From a virus: DNA of 57,373 nucleotides. Shown here in pieces: positions 47,117 to 56,683 of this stretch. Position 1 is the stretch's first letter; every line of letters begins with the position of its first letter. The notes under the pieces were generated by a model that saw nothing but the letters and a program-made list of their open reading frames with translations, ran no database searches and was not told the origin of the DNA. The translations under genes and the position numbers were made by a program. The DNA lies in IMG/VR virus record IMGVR_UViG_3300037882_003154, positions 1-57,373 of that record; one strand, 5' to 3'.

Positions 47117-47694
47117 ATCAGATCTCCTATATCTTGTGTGTCTTTGTATGGTATCTCATAATTTTTGTGAAATCCCATTTTAGCCGGTTTCATTTCTAGT
47201 TTTATTATATCTCCCTTGTTCATATATCCAACCAAAGAAATTTGGGCTACTTTTTTTAATATGTCATCTAGTATCACATAACCAAAAACATAAGTATCAG
47301 AGGTTAGGTCTAAGAATTTGCCACTTTCTGTTTGAGCCCTAATAAGCCCACATAAGTATTTGGGCTTTTTGGCTGCCGTCTTAATATCGAACTTTTTATT
47401 ATTTATTGTAAAATCCTGTGTGTCACCAAGGTGTTTATATTCAGCATCTATATTTTGATTAATCAAAATCCCAAAAGCCATTTCTCCCAACCTGCCGGTT
47501 CTTTCTGTTTTATACGGGTCTTCTTTGGTGTTCAAGAGCCCACTACCATACCTGCCCTTCTTTTTGTTTGCCCACATGTTTTGAGATGCTACACTACATA
47601 TATCATATTGCTGTGGATTAACATTGACAATATATACATTTTTAGTACATTTACCAAGGTCTGTAGGGACTATTTGAAATTGTTTAGATTTCAT
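47113..47694 (-). CDS. PD-(D/E)xK-family nuclease-like protein
   Basis: G.LGE.AF...DF......DIKT...D.YVF; ATG 47694 preferred. Confidence 0.6.
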   Translation of the reverse strand: MKSKQFQIVPTDLGKCTKNVYIVNVNPQQYDICSVASQNMWANKKKGRYGSGLLNTKEDPYKTERTGRLGEMAFGILINQNIDAEYKHLGDTQDFTINNKKFDIKTAAKKPKYLCGLIRAQTESGKFLDLTSDTYVFGYVILDDILKKVAQISLVGYMNKGDIIKLEMKPAKMGFHKNYEIPYKDTQDIGDLI

Positions 47695-47695
47695 A

Positions 47696-48430
47696 TTAAC
47701 CAACACGAGAATACGATTCTATGAATTTGGATAACTTTTGAGACTCTTTTATTCTTTCATTTTCGTCGTTTGTATATTGAATATTGCATGGAATAGCCCC
47801 CCCATACCCCCTCATATTCTTTTCTTGATATGTCTTATCATTTTCAGCCTTTGGATATCCATCACTATCTTGAACTGACCAATGCATATGCTCAAATATG
47901 ACATCATCTAAATATATAGATCTACCAATTTTTTCTGCCACATCTGTTAAATGACGGTCTCCATAATCACCATCGTATTGTTTTGGTGTTACATACCCAA
48001 GGGTTTCTATCCAATTAACGTGTAGAAATCCGTGTGTGGCAGTTTCTTTGTTATAACCATCATTTCCCCACACAAGCCCTATCTTATCTTTTATTTTGTC
48101 AAAAACCCCTAGCACCCTTGTGTCCCATCCAGGTGTTCTAAATATAAAATCATCACCAAAGTATCCAACAATCTTGCCTTTGGCAATCTTATAGCACTCA
48201 TTAGACATTTGGTTTAATGATACTTTAGGACCAATATTTGCAATTACATTAGGGTAATAGACAGATATTTCATCAATGGTTTCTGGTGATATTACATCAT
48301 CATTATCTATATAAAAGATGATTTCTATATTTTGTGGTATCTCTGCTGTTTGATATACCGATCCTACAAACCTATGTATATTACTGGGTCTGTGCCTAGT
48401 TCCTAGTAATATTGATATTTTGTTATTCAT
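47696..48430 (-). CDS. GT2/GT-A family glycosyltransferase
   Basis: ISILLGTR.R, EIIFYIDNDD, GDDFIF...WD, YGD..L, FEHMH. Confidence 0.85.
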   Translation of the reverse strand: MNNKISILLGTRHRPSNIHRFVGSVYQTAEIPQNIEIIFYIDNDDVISPETIDEISVYYPNVIANIGPKVSLNQMSNECYKIAKGKIVGYFGDDFIFRTPGWDTRVLGVFDKIKDKIGLVWGNDGYNKETATHGFLHVNWIETLGYVTPKQYDGDYGDRHLTDVAEKIGRSIYLDDVIFEHMHWSVQDSDGYPKAENDKTYQEKNMRGYGGAIPCNIQYTNDENERIKESQKLSKFIESYSRVG

Positions 48431-48431
48431 A

Positions 48432-49607
48432 TTATAATTTGTCCAAAAAATGATCTAACACCCTACAAATGGCGTATACATCATCATCGTCCATATAAGC
48501 ATGACATGGGATATGTATGCCGTGATCACCAACCCATTCGGCATTGGGAAAAGCGCCCTCTACATCTTTGATGGCTTTTGCACTAAATACGTGCCTAAAT
48601 GCTTCGTGCTGAGTAATAGCCCCAAAATTTCTTTTCCATTCTATATTAGCTGCACTCAATGTCTTTTTTAGATCTCCAATGCGTTCTTTTGCAGCACCAC
48701 ACTTTCTGAATGTTATGCTCACTGCATGTGGGCAATTAATGTCATTTGATCTTTCTTCTACAATATGTATTATGTCTGTGTATTTTTTAAGAGACTCAGT
48801 AATTTTATATGAAGTGGTCCTACGTCTACACATATGATACTTAGCATTTTCTATCCCCTCTAAACCTATTGAGGCATGAATATCAGTTGGTTTTAGATTT
48901 AGACCAAACCTTTCGTGTGAAAAATATAGGCTATCAACTGGTCTGCCATGACTTCTAATAGATTTCACCAAGTTTATTATATCTTCATTATTAGAACAGA
49001 CCGCACCCATCTCGCACGCAAAAACACAATGGGCGGAGAAGAAGCTATAGGCACAAGCATCTGCTATGTCTTCTAGTGGAACATTATTTACTCTACAAAG
49101 GTGTGATTCACAGCAATCACCAAATAGCTTAAGATTATGATTGTCTGCAATGTCTCTAAGGATATGGGCATCGAATGGCTTGCCCATTAAAGCTACAGCC
49201 AATATAGCTCGCGTCTTAGAAGATATATTGTTCTCAACTAAGGCTGTGTCTATATTAAGGGATTCTATATCAATGTCTACTGGAACTGGCTTAAAACCAG
49301 CGGCTATAATTGCATTCCAAGATGCACAGAAAGATAGGGCTGGAACTATGATCTCATCTCCGGGATTAGCCCCAGAATCATATAAAGAAGCACACATTGC
49401 CAATACCGCAGATGTGCCGGAATTTACAGCGGCACAATATTTTGCTCCAGAAATCTTAGCCCACTCTTTTTCAAATTCTTTCACCTTGGGTCCCATAGTA
49501 ACCCAATTATTATCCAAACACTCATTAATATGCCTTCGGGCTGTGGCACCAATTTTTACATCACCAAACTTAATTCGTCTATTTGAATCAATGCTGTCTT
49601 TGCTCAT
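48432..49607 (-). CDS. DegT/DnrJ-fold PLP enzyme with His in place of catalytic Lys: ColD/RfbH-like NDP-4-keto-6-deoxysugar 3-dehydratase
   Basis: VNSGTSA, GDEIIVPA, DCCESH, YSFFSAHCVFACEMG (H where aminotransferases have K), G.NLKPTD. Confidence 0.8.
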   Translation of the reverse strand: MSKDSIDSNRRIKFGDVKIGATARRHINECLDNNWVTMGPKVKEFEKEWAKISGAKYCAAVNSGTSAVLAMCASLYDSGANPGDEIIVPALSFCASWNAIIAAGFKPVPVDIDIESLNIDTALVENNISSKTRAILAVALMGKPFDAHILRDIADNHNLKLFGDCCESHLCRVNNVPLEDIADACAYSFFSAHCVFACEMGAVCSNNEDIINLVKSIRSHGRPVDSLYFSHERFGLNLKPTDIHASIGLEGIENAKYHMCRRRTTSYKITESLKKYTDIIHIVEERSNDINCPHAVSITFRKCGAAKERIGDLKKTLSAANIEWKRNFGAITQHEAFRHVFSAKAIKDVEGAFPNAEWVGDHGIHIPCHAYMDDDDVYAICRVLDHFLDKL

Positions 49608-49619
49608 AATATTTCCCGT

Positions 49620-50153
49620 TTAGTACATGTCTCCAATTTCAGCAACCAGGGTGGCTCTGTTATCTGGTCTTTCATATGCATACTTATATATATTATATAC
49701 TTCTTCGATAGTATTAGCCTCAATAACATCTATCCAATCTAGCATATCTTTGATTTGATTGTGGAAATTGCCAATGTGCTGATGACCGGGATGACTCTTT
49801 TTTTGTGGTCCTACTGCTGTCCTGATAATCATCTTGGGCAAGGCTTCATAATTAGAGATGGCTGGCAGCTTATCAATCATATTGACCAGATCGGCTATAC
49901 CCAATAGTAGAAAATTTTCTCGTGGAAATATAGTTATGGGAAACATTCCAGCTATTGCCAGCCCAAGAGAGAACTGCATTTGAAAGCTTTCACAAACAGG
50001 GAACTCTTTTCTTTTTTCTAGTGGAACATTTGAAACAGTGCCACTCATAAAAGTTCCTCCGTCTACAATGGACTGACCAACAAACATAGTATTGGGCTTT
50101 TGTCCCAACCAAGTCATAGCCCTTGTAATTTCATCAAAATAGGTTAATAGCAT
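49620..50153 (-). CDS. TPP-dependent enzyme beta subunit (pyrimidine-binding domain only)
   Basis: FVGQ...EFPVCE..Q...SLGLA..G..PI...PR..FL...LVN...HPGHQH. Confidence 0.82.
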   Translation of the reverse strand: MLLTYFDEITRAMTWLGQKPNTMFVGQSIVDGGTFMSGTVSNVPLEKRKEFPVCESFQMQFSLGLAIAGMFPITIFPRENFLLLGIADLVNMIDKLPAISNYEALPKMIIRTAVGPQKKSHPGHQHIGNFHNQIKDMLDWIDVIEANTIEEVYNIYKYAYERPDNRATLVAEIGDMY

Positions 50154-50154
50154 T

Positions 50155-50769
50155 TTAGAACCTTATCTTTTGTGTTATACCACTATGAGGAAATTCATTT
50201 TTGTATATGAACCTTTCTATATTTTGTAGACAGCCGTATCCACTGTATTTCTGGTCATTCCAAACCTCTTTTGTATTAGTCATTACACTAATGCCATTGT
50301 CTTCTACTATAAATCTAATGGGCAAAAAATGATTATTAGCATAATTAGTAGCCTCTGCAAATATACCACATCTAGATAACATATCACCACCAAAGTGGTG
50401 GACCATATGATTTAGACCCTGTTTTTTAATAGCATAGGCGCATCCCACAGCCACGCCGACCAAAGACCCAACTATGCCAGAGCAAAATATCTTATATTTT
50501 GGAAAGCACAGAGATATGCTTTTGCCAGCTAATATCTCTTGTTTTAGGGTTTCCATTGGTACACCCTTCAATAAACAATGGGCGTGTGATGCCCAATAAG
50601 AGAAAACATAATCGTCTTCGTCTATTTGAGCGAATCTGTCAATGATTTGTGTGGAATATCCACCACCCTTCCTCAAGTGTACAGGAGCCCTAATAATGCC
50701 AGTTTTATAAATCTCGGCAATTTCATCTTCAAAATCATCTAGCTGTTTTGCTGTATATTTAATCTTCAT
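50155..50769 (-). CDS. TPP-dependent enzyme alpha subunit (E1-alpha-like)
   Basis: PVHL..G, SHAHCLLKG, SGIVG...AVG.A, GDM...G.F.EA.N...LPI.FIVEDN. Confidence 0.85.
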   Translation of the reverse strand: MKIKYTAKQLDDFEDEIAEIYKTGIIRAPVHLRKGGGYSTQIIDRFAQIDEDDYVFSYWASHAHCLLKGVPMETLKQEILAGKSISLCFPKYKIFCSGIVGSLVGVAVGCAYAIKKQGLNHMVHHFGGDMLSRCGIFAEATNYANNHFLPIRFIVEDNGISVMTNTKEVWNDQKYSGYGCLQNIERFIYKNEFPHSGITQKIRF

Positions 50770-51739
50770 GCCGTTCTTTCAGTTCATAGTATCCAGAATA
50801 AGCGTTTATTGGGGCAGTATCACCATTTATTATATCAAATATGCTATCTGGAGTATACATGTCCCACTTATATCCAATATCTGACCAAGTGGCATAGTCT
50901 ATGTAGCTTCTTTCTCTTGGATTATCATCGGTATCATATGGACATCTTATATCTGATATAAAACGAAAGTCTATAGAAACCCTAAATGGGGAGGGTCCTA
51001 CTGATGGCAATTCTTTGTGTGTGGCATGTAATAATAAAGGGTCGGACAAATAAAGCTTGTTCTTTTCTAAGATAATATCATACTTATTTTTGGCTGCAAT
51101 ATCGGTGATGGCTTTGCCCTCATTATAATCATCTAGTGGTCTTAACCAATGGAGAATATCCTCTGGTGTCTTATAAAAATCTATACCAGCCCTTTTAAAA
51201 TCACCATCAATAGGAATAAAAACCATAGTAGTGTTGGTGGGCTCGCCCGACCAAACATCTGTGTGTATTTTGCTAGAAGCCCTAGGTCTTTCATCCTTAT
51301 TGCTCAAAAACCCACCAGAGATTCTTACCGTGATAGGACAGTGTATTTTTTGAATGTGGCTGGATATTCCCAGTTTGTTTAGGGCTAATCTGACAGCATT
51401 GTGTATCTTATAATAATACTTGATCGTTTCTCGTTTTGGTAGAAGAATTCCATTGGGTGTTAGATTGGGCAGTCCACCAATCGTCGCATTAGTATATAAC
51501 TGCGCTAGGGACTGTGTGACTATATGTTCATAGTTTTCTTTGTAATAGATAGCTATAGACTTTTTTATATATGTCAAGACAGACCAATAAATATCATTAT
51601 AGCTATACCAAAGTTCTAATCCCTTAGACATAGAACATGACTTAAGTAAATCTAGATCATCAATAACTTCGGTCTGTGACAAAATTTGTCTTAGTCTATC
51701 GTTTCGTGGTTTTATAATGCCAAACATATTATCCTTCAT
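50759..51739 (-). CDS. 2-oxoglutarate/Fe(II) oxygenase-fold protein
   Basis: HTD...(LL)H...RVSIDFRF facial triad plus Arg pattern. Confidence 0.65.
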   Translation of the reverse strand: MKDNMFGIIKPRNDRLRQILSQTEVIDDLDLLKSCSMSKGLELWYSYNDIYWSVLTYIKKSIAIYYKENYEHIVTQSLAQLYTNATIGGLPNLTPNGILLPKRETIKYYYKIHNAVRLALNKLGISSHIQKIHCPITVRISGGFLSNKDERPRASSKIHTDVWSGEPTNTTMVFIPIDGDFKRAGIDFYKTPEDILHWLRPLDDYNEGKAITDIAAKNKYDIILEKNKLYLSDPLLLHATHKELPSVGPSPFRVSIDFRFISDIRCPYDTDDNPRERSYIDYATWSDIGYKWDMYTPDSIFDIINGDTAPINAYSGYYELKERHED

Positions 51740-52649
51740 ATTTAAGATATGTTTGATAAAGTTTTTGTAGTTCGGTATGTGTCAAAAACTTCCTATTTGC
51801 TAGTGTTCCATTTTCAATGGCTTGGGCAGGAGTGTTAGCCCCAGGTATTGTAGTGACAATTCCTGGTGTTGACCAGCAAAATCTTAGAGCAAACTGAGCC
51901 ATTGTTTCATTGGGGCTCTTAAATTGTTTGAAAATTTCAAACCCACTTTTCCACTTGGATTTTTGTTGCTCAGAACACTTCAATCTATGATCTGTTTGCT
52001 CTAGTTCACCATCTTTAATATCATTACAAAGATACCCAAAACAGAATGGCGTTCTAGCTATAATACTAATTTTTTCATCATAACAATAGTCTAAAAGACC
52101 AAGTGTCTTGGCTCTTTGATCAAGGAGCCCATAGTTAATTTGAATGAAATCGGGCTTCTTGAGTTTTTTGTATTTTGCTTGTTTAAGATCTGTAACAGCA
52201 TCATTGGGTGATTTATATGATATGCCCCAATATTGTGTTGTTTTAGTGTCCACAAATGACAGCATCATTTTTATAACATCTTCGGTGATCATCTCTATTG
52301 GTGGACTGTGTATTTGTAGCAAATATATATTACCAATGTTGGCGATGCTTTGGTTGATGCTTTTAATCATGTAGGATTTGTCAAAACTCCACTGGTTTTC
52401 TCCTATCATGCCTATTTTTGTAGCAATATAATTGGCGAATCGTGTCTTTCGTTCTTTGAAAAAATCCCCCACAATTTTTTCACTATTACCATAGAATGGA
52501 GATGTGTCAAAAAAATTCACACCATATGGCATTGTCGATTTGAGTATTTCTTTATCTTGTTCCTGAGATCTGGCGCCATATACGTCATTACCAACTCCCC
52601 AACATCCCTGTCCAATAACCGATATTCCTTTGTCATAGTTAAACCACAT
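51729..52649 (-). CDS. Aldo/keto reductase
   Basis: IGQGCW, FFDTSPFYGNSE, IATKIG, LLQIHSP, WGIS, Q.NY.LL, AQFALRF, IPGA. Confidence 0.9.
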   Translation of the reverse strand: MWFNYDKGISVIGQGCWGVGNDVYGARSQEQDKEILKSTMPYGVNFFDTSPFYGNSEKIVGDFFKERKTRFANYIATKIGMIGENQWSFDKSYMIKSINQSIANIGNIYLLQIHSPPIEMITEDVIKMMLSFVDTKTTQYWGISYKSPNDAVTDLKQAKYKKLKKPDFIQINYGLLDQRAKTLGLLDYCYDEKISIIARTPFCFGYLCNDIKDGELEQTDHRLKCSEQQKSKWKSGFEIFKQFKSPNETMAQFALRFCWSTPGIVTTIPGANTPAQAIENGTLANRKFLTHTELQKLYQTYLKYEG

Positions 52650-52836
52650 AGTTTTGTGCCTTCTGGATCAGTGTTACAATTTCAGAAAAAAATTCTTTAC
52701 AAAGTATTCCGCCATTTGTAGTCTGTATGTAATTGTCTTTAAAATGCACTATGCTAGATATACCGACTGACACTGGGTCGTTCGGATAAATATCTTTGTG
52801 TACTGTGATAAAGTCTCGCATTTTGTCCCCAATCAT
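52639..52836 (-). CDS. Small hypothetical protein
   Basis: 65-aa ORF filling the gap in the operon. Confidence 0.45.
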   Translation of the reverse strand: MIGDKMRDFITVHKDIYPNDPVSVGISSIVHFKDNYIQTTNGGILCKEFFSEIVTLIQKAQNYVV

Positions 52837-52881
52837 ATTTGAAATCTTTTGTTTTTTGTTGCTTTTGTCATATGATTGGGG

Positions 52882-55800
52882 CTAATGATGACCACCCAAA
52901 ACATTGATATCATACACTGGTAAATTGCTTATATTCTGATGTTTGATATTTTCAGAAATCACATTCTTATTTAGATAGTGACCAGCTTTATTTCCATACC
53001 AAATAGTATACTTATACCAATCTTCCCATGTGCTTCTATGATCTTTTTGTCTATTAATATGATATCTAATTGGGGATTCTTCTAAAATTATGGGCGACTG
53101 CACTAAAATAGATTGATAGTATTCATAAATATTATACGACAGATCTATGGATAAAATATCATTCACTATTGGCAGTTGTATTAAAGATTTATTTAATTTT
53201 ATACCATCCATTACTATCCTGTCAAGACTATATATGCCCTTGGATTTTAGATAGCTCAATATCAGGTCCTCACAGTCCTGATAAAAGCCATCTAGGTTAT
53301 TTTCTTTGATGGTTTTAATCAATATAAATTCATCATGTGGATACCAGATATTTAACCACTCTGGTGCTGGACAATATTCAGGACCACCATTTTGTATGCT
53401 CTTCGCGCCATCTATGAAAAATTTTCTTATACCATTCAATACTGGATATTTAGACAAATCAGATTCAAAGAACAAATCAAACCAATCTTTATATGGTATG
53501 TCTGTTATTGTTCTTAGTGTAGCTATTGGTATTTGTAATATCTTATCAAAGTATAAAAACGCGACCATCCAGCAAAAAGCCCTTGTTTTGATCCAATCCT
53601 CCTTTGGACATGAATCGGTTCCCACAACCAATTCTTGCCATTCGTCTACACCATCTTCAGATGGTTCTAGTGAATTGTGCATAGAAATAGCAATGCTATC
53701 AATGATTATCATTCCATATTTTTTTTGATAGTCTTTGGTCCCCATCCCTGCATTCGGTAAAATAGATAAGTTATTAAATTGTATTCGGTTGTGTTGACCA
53801 TCTTCTACCAGTTTGGCTATATTACATTTCATGCTATCATAAGTTTCACATGGCATACCTAATATTAAGTCAGTATATGTTGGTATCTTTTCTTGTGCAA
53901 ATCTTTTTTGTAGACTAGCATAAGATTCTGATGATATATTTCCTCTTTTAATAGAGTCAAGCGTGTCTTTGTTTAAAGACTGGATTGATAAAGTCACACC
54001 CTTGTTCAGACCGTAATCCCCAAGTATCTTTTGTACTTGAAATACTCTGTCTGTAGCATTTTTGGCATTTTGCACAGACAAAGCTTTTGGATATCCATAT
54101 TTTTCCTTATTAGTACCAACATATTGAGCTATATCTATTGCTCTCTTGAGCATCCCAAAATTTGCATCACAACAAAATATAAATTCTATCTTGTACTCAG
54201 ACATCCAGTCCACTTCTTTATATAATCTGTCCATATCAAACTGTGATACTTTAGAGGCTATTGCAGAGCCCCAGTCACAGAAACTTTGTTTAATTAAAAC
54301 TCCCCCACTAGCAACCATGAATGTTGGTGGATTTCCGATATCATATATGTCTTTGGCATCGGTCTTTATTATATCAACTATCTCACACTTATAAATATTT
54401 TCTATGTTAGTTTCATTTACAAATCTGCATTTTTGATCTGCCTCATACCAATAAATATTATATATATCATTATTACCATAGGCATCTGTGCATTGTTGCG
54501 CACGATATATCCTCGATATATATCCAACCCATTGTAATACACAACACACTTCCATTGCTAGTATATGTGAGACTGTAGATAAAAATCTAGCGCCACTATC
54601 TGGAACATGTCCATCGGCAGCCCACAACCCATTCAGAAATGCCTCACAGACACTTTTTGGTGATCTAAAAATTAGTCTGGGAACTTTCAATTTATCCTTT
54701 TTGATTCCCATCCCGATGGATTCATTTAGAAATCTAACCAACAACCTAGAATCGACCCACCCATGTTTCATTTTTGTTGTGTTGTTGGCTTTGTGTACTT
54801 TGAGTTTGAGCCCAAATAGTTTATCAATTAGACAATGTAGTTTTTCTTCATATTTATCAGTAATAGCCATATGAAGTGATGGTCTAATACATGGGCTGCC
54901 ATCTTTGTCTGGCTTTCCTGCTGATAGACAGCCATCACCAATAATATATCCCAAAAACCAAGCCAAATCTTCATCTAAATATTCTGGTAGCCTTATCCTT
55001 TTTGGATCTCTTCTACCAATGCCTTTTGCATAATCTATTTTTAATTTTGGTATTGTCTGATATTCTATTACATTATTTTGACCAACTTGGATTGGGAGAT
55101 AATCGCCCACACCAAGGTCTTCGGCTTTTGCATCAATTAATTCTCCGGTTTTTCTGTCGAATAACTTGACATTATGCTCTGGGGTTACTTCTATAAAAGA
55201 ACCATTCCTAAGCTCTATTCTCAAGCATTCTCTTTTGCCCTGGTAGACCATTCTATTATCACTAATACACTTTGTATGTCTGTGTGTTGGATCATTACAT
55301 TCGATATGTTGTGTCTCATATATCTCTTCATCAAACTTAACTATTCTATCGGATAAAGCGATATAATTACTAGATGAGAAACAACATGAGAAAGGGCATC
55401 CTCGGTCGGTCTCCCACATGACCAACCACTGTTCATTGGGATTAGCCCACATAAGATCATTAAAGATCCCGGTCGTATATGGTGAGGGTATCTCATCTAA
55501 TGATTTTATTCTATCTATTTTGGGCTTGCCAACAAACCCACCATCCTTATTGATGTAGCTTATTGATTTTAGATCTTCAAATGTCTTGTCTTTAAAATTT
55601 TCTAGTATATGTGTAAATACTCTTTCGCCCTCACCATTTACAACCATATCAATAAATGGATTAGCCCTTAGAAATTCCTCAGATTTATCTGGAACTTGTG
55701 GACCACCAAATATGATAAATACATTTGGATTAATCTCTTTAATTGCTTTGGCTACTGCAAGCGACAGTCTTATGTTCCACACATAGGCTGAAAATGCTAC

Positions 55801-55998
55801 TATATCAGCGTCTTGAATTTTTTCTACTATTTTTTGTACTGGCTCGCGCTTATATATTGGAAGCAAAAATTCATAGCCATCTATATTCTTACAGTAGGTA
55901 CGAGCATATGCTTCCAGTAATCCGGCAGAATATGGTAAATAGTGACAGCCAGAAAAACTACTATTGATTTGGACTATTGTGATTCTTGTTTTAGACAT
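52882..55998 (-). CDS. B12-binding radical SAM enzyme (class B methyltransferase-like) containing an intein
   Basis: FSAYVWN, IIFGGP, GEGE B12 domain; ETDRGCPFSC|SFCDW split Fe-S motif; DANFG, LILGMP.ET; ATG 55998 preferred. Confidence 0.92.
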   Translation of the reverse strand: MSKTRITIVQINSSFSGCHYLPYSAGLLEAYARTYCKNIDGYEFLLPIYKREPVQKIVEKIQDADIVAFSAYVWNIRLSLAVAKAIKEINPNVFIIFGGPQVPDKSEEFLRANPFIDMVVNGEGERVFTHILENFKDKTFEDLKSISYINKDGGFVGKPKIDRIKSLDEIPSPYTTGIFNDLMWANPNEQWLVMWETDRGCPFSCCFSSSNYIALSDRIVKFDEEIYETQHIECNDPTHRHTKCISDNRMVYQGKRECLRIELRNGSFIEVTPEHNVKLFDRKTGELIDAKAEDLGVGDYLPIQVGQNNVIEYQTIPKLKIDYAKGIGRRDPKRIRLPEYLDEDLAWFLGYIIGDGCLSAGKPDKDGSPCIRPSLHMAITDKYEEKLHCLIDKLFGLKLKVHKANNTTKMKHGWVDSRLLVRFLNESIGMGIKKDKLKVPRLIFRSPKSVCEAFLNGLWAADGHVPDSGARFLSTVSHILAMEVCCVLQWVGYISRIYRAQQCTDAYGNNDIYNIYWYEADQKCRFVNETNIENIYKCEIVDIIKTDAKDIYDIGNPPTFMVASGGVLIKQSFCDWGSAIASKVSQFDMDRLYKEVDWMSEYKIEFIFCCDANFGMLKRAIDIAQYVGTNKEKYGYPKALSVQNAKNATDRVFQVQKILGDYGLNKGVTLSIQSLNKDTLDSIKRGNISSESYASLQKRFAQEKIPTYTDLILGMPCETYDSMKCNIAKLVEDGQHNRIQFNNLSILPNAGMGTKDYQKKYGMIIIDSIAISMHNSLEPSEDGVDEWQELVVGTDSCPKEDWIKTRAFCWMVAFLYFDKILQIPIATLRTITDIPYKDWFDLFFESDLSKYPVLNGIRKFFIDGAKSIQNGGPEYCPAPEWLNIWYPHDEFILIKTIKENNLDGFYQDCEDLILSYLKSKGIYSLDRIVMDGIKLNKSLIQLPIVNDILSIDLSYNIYEYYQSILVQSPIILEESPIRYHINRQKDHRSTWEDWYKYTIWYGNKAGHYLNKNVISENIKHQNISNLPVYDINVLGGHH
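54286..55383 (-). mobile_element. Intein (366 aa) with LAGLIDADG homing endonuclease
   Basis: C1 (CFSSSNYI), block B VTPEH, LAWFLGYIIGDG and FLNGLWAADG, block F IYDI, ends VLIKQ/S(+1); removal restores CPFSCSFC. Confidence 0.92.
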
Positions 55999-56683
55999 AT
56001 GTTTTTCTATCACCCTTTTCGTGCTCTTTAATCATAGATAGAAAAACATTTCTGGCACTGTCTATATCTGTGTCGTTTCTAGTAGAACTATTTCCAAATG
56101 GATACAAACAAGCCCTATCGTATTCTAGTGGAAATTGATTATGAGCCCACATCCAATATCCTAGCCAACTGTCTGCATAATGATGTCTATACTCTGGATT
56201 AAAAAGACATCCACACAACTCATTTTCTATCGTACTAGAATGAAAAATTGGAAACCTTGGCATTATGCAATGTGGTACTAGATTTTTCCCGCTAAGATTA
56301 CAGTCGTCGTCCAAGTAACACGGATTTGTGTATCCATATCCATTGTGTATCGGCAGTGAAATGATCTTGAATTTATGGTTCTGATAGTTATTTTCTAAAT
56401 CATAGAATACACTAAATATATTTGGGTCGAATTGCTTATCATCAGTAGACAAAACAATATAATCACTATTTGTTTGTGTAAAAAGATAATTGTATGATCT
56501 AACAGATCCTAGTTGTTTATCATCATTAATCCACACAACTTTTGGTTGATCAACACTTTCTTTAGATAATAATACTATTTCATAGTCTATATTCAACGAA
56601 TCAGCATTATATATAGACTGAATGGTTGTTTGTGCTCCACCAACAAAGGCTTTGTTTGTGGCTAATATAAAAGACACTTTCAT
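55991..56683 (-). CDS. GT2/GT-A-like glycosyltransferase
   Basis: MKVSFILAT, YEIVL, DYIVLSTDD, FNPEYRHHYAD.WL. Confidence 0.7.
   Translation of the reverse strand: MKVSFILATNKAFVGGAQTTIQSIYNADSLNIDYEIVLLSKESVDQPKVVWINDDKQLGSVRSYNYLFTQTNSDYIVLSTDDKQFDPNIFSVFYDLENNYQNHKFKIISLPIHNGYGYTNPCYLDDDCNLSGKNLVPHCIMPRFPIFHSSTIENELCGCLFNPEYRHHYADSWLGYWMWAHNQFPLEYDRACLYPFGNSSTRNDTDIDSARNVFLSMIKEHEKGDRKTYV

Noticed and set aside
49620-50769. Pyruvate dehydrogenase (pdhA/pdhB) call
   Set aside because: Subunits are truncated, no E2/E3 is present, and the context is sugar biosynthesis
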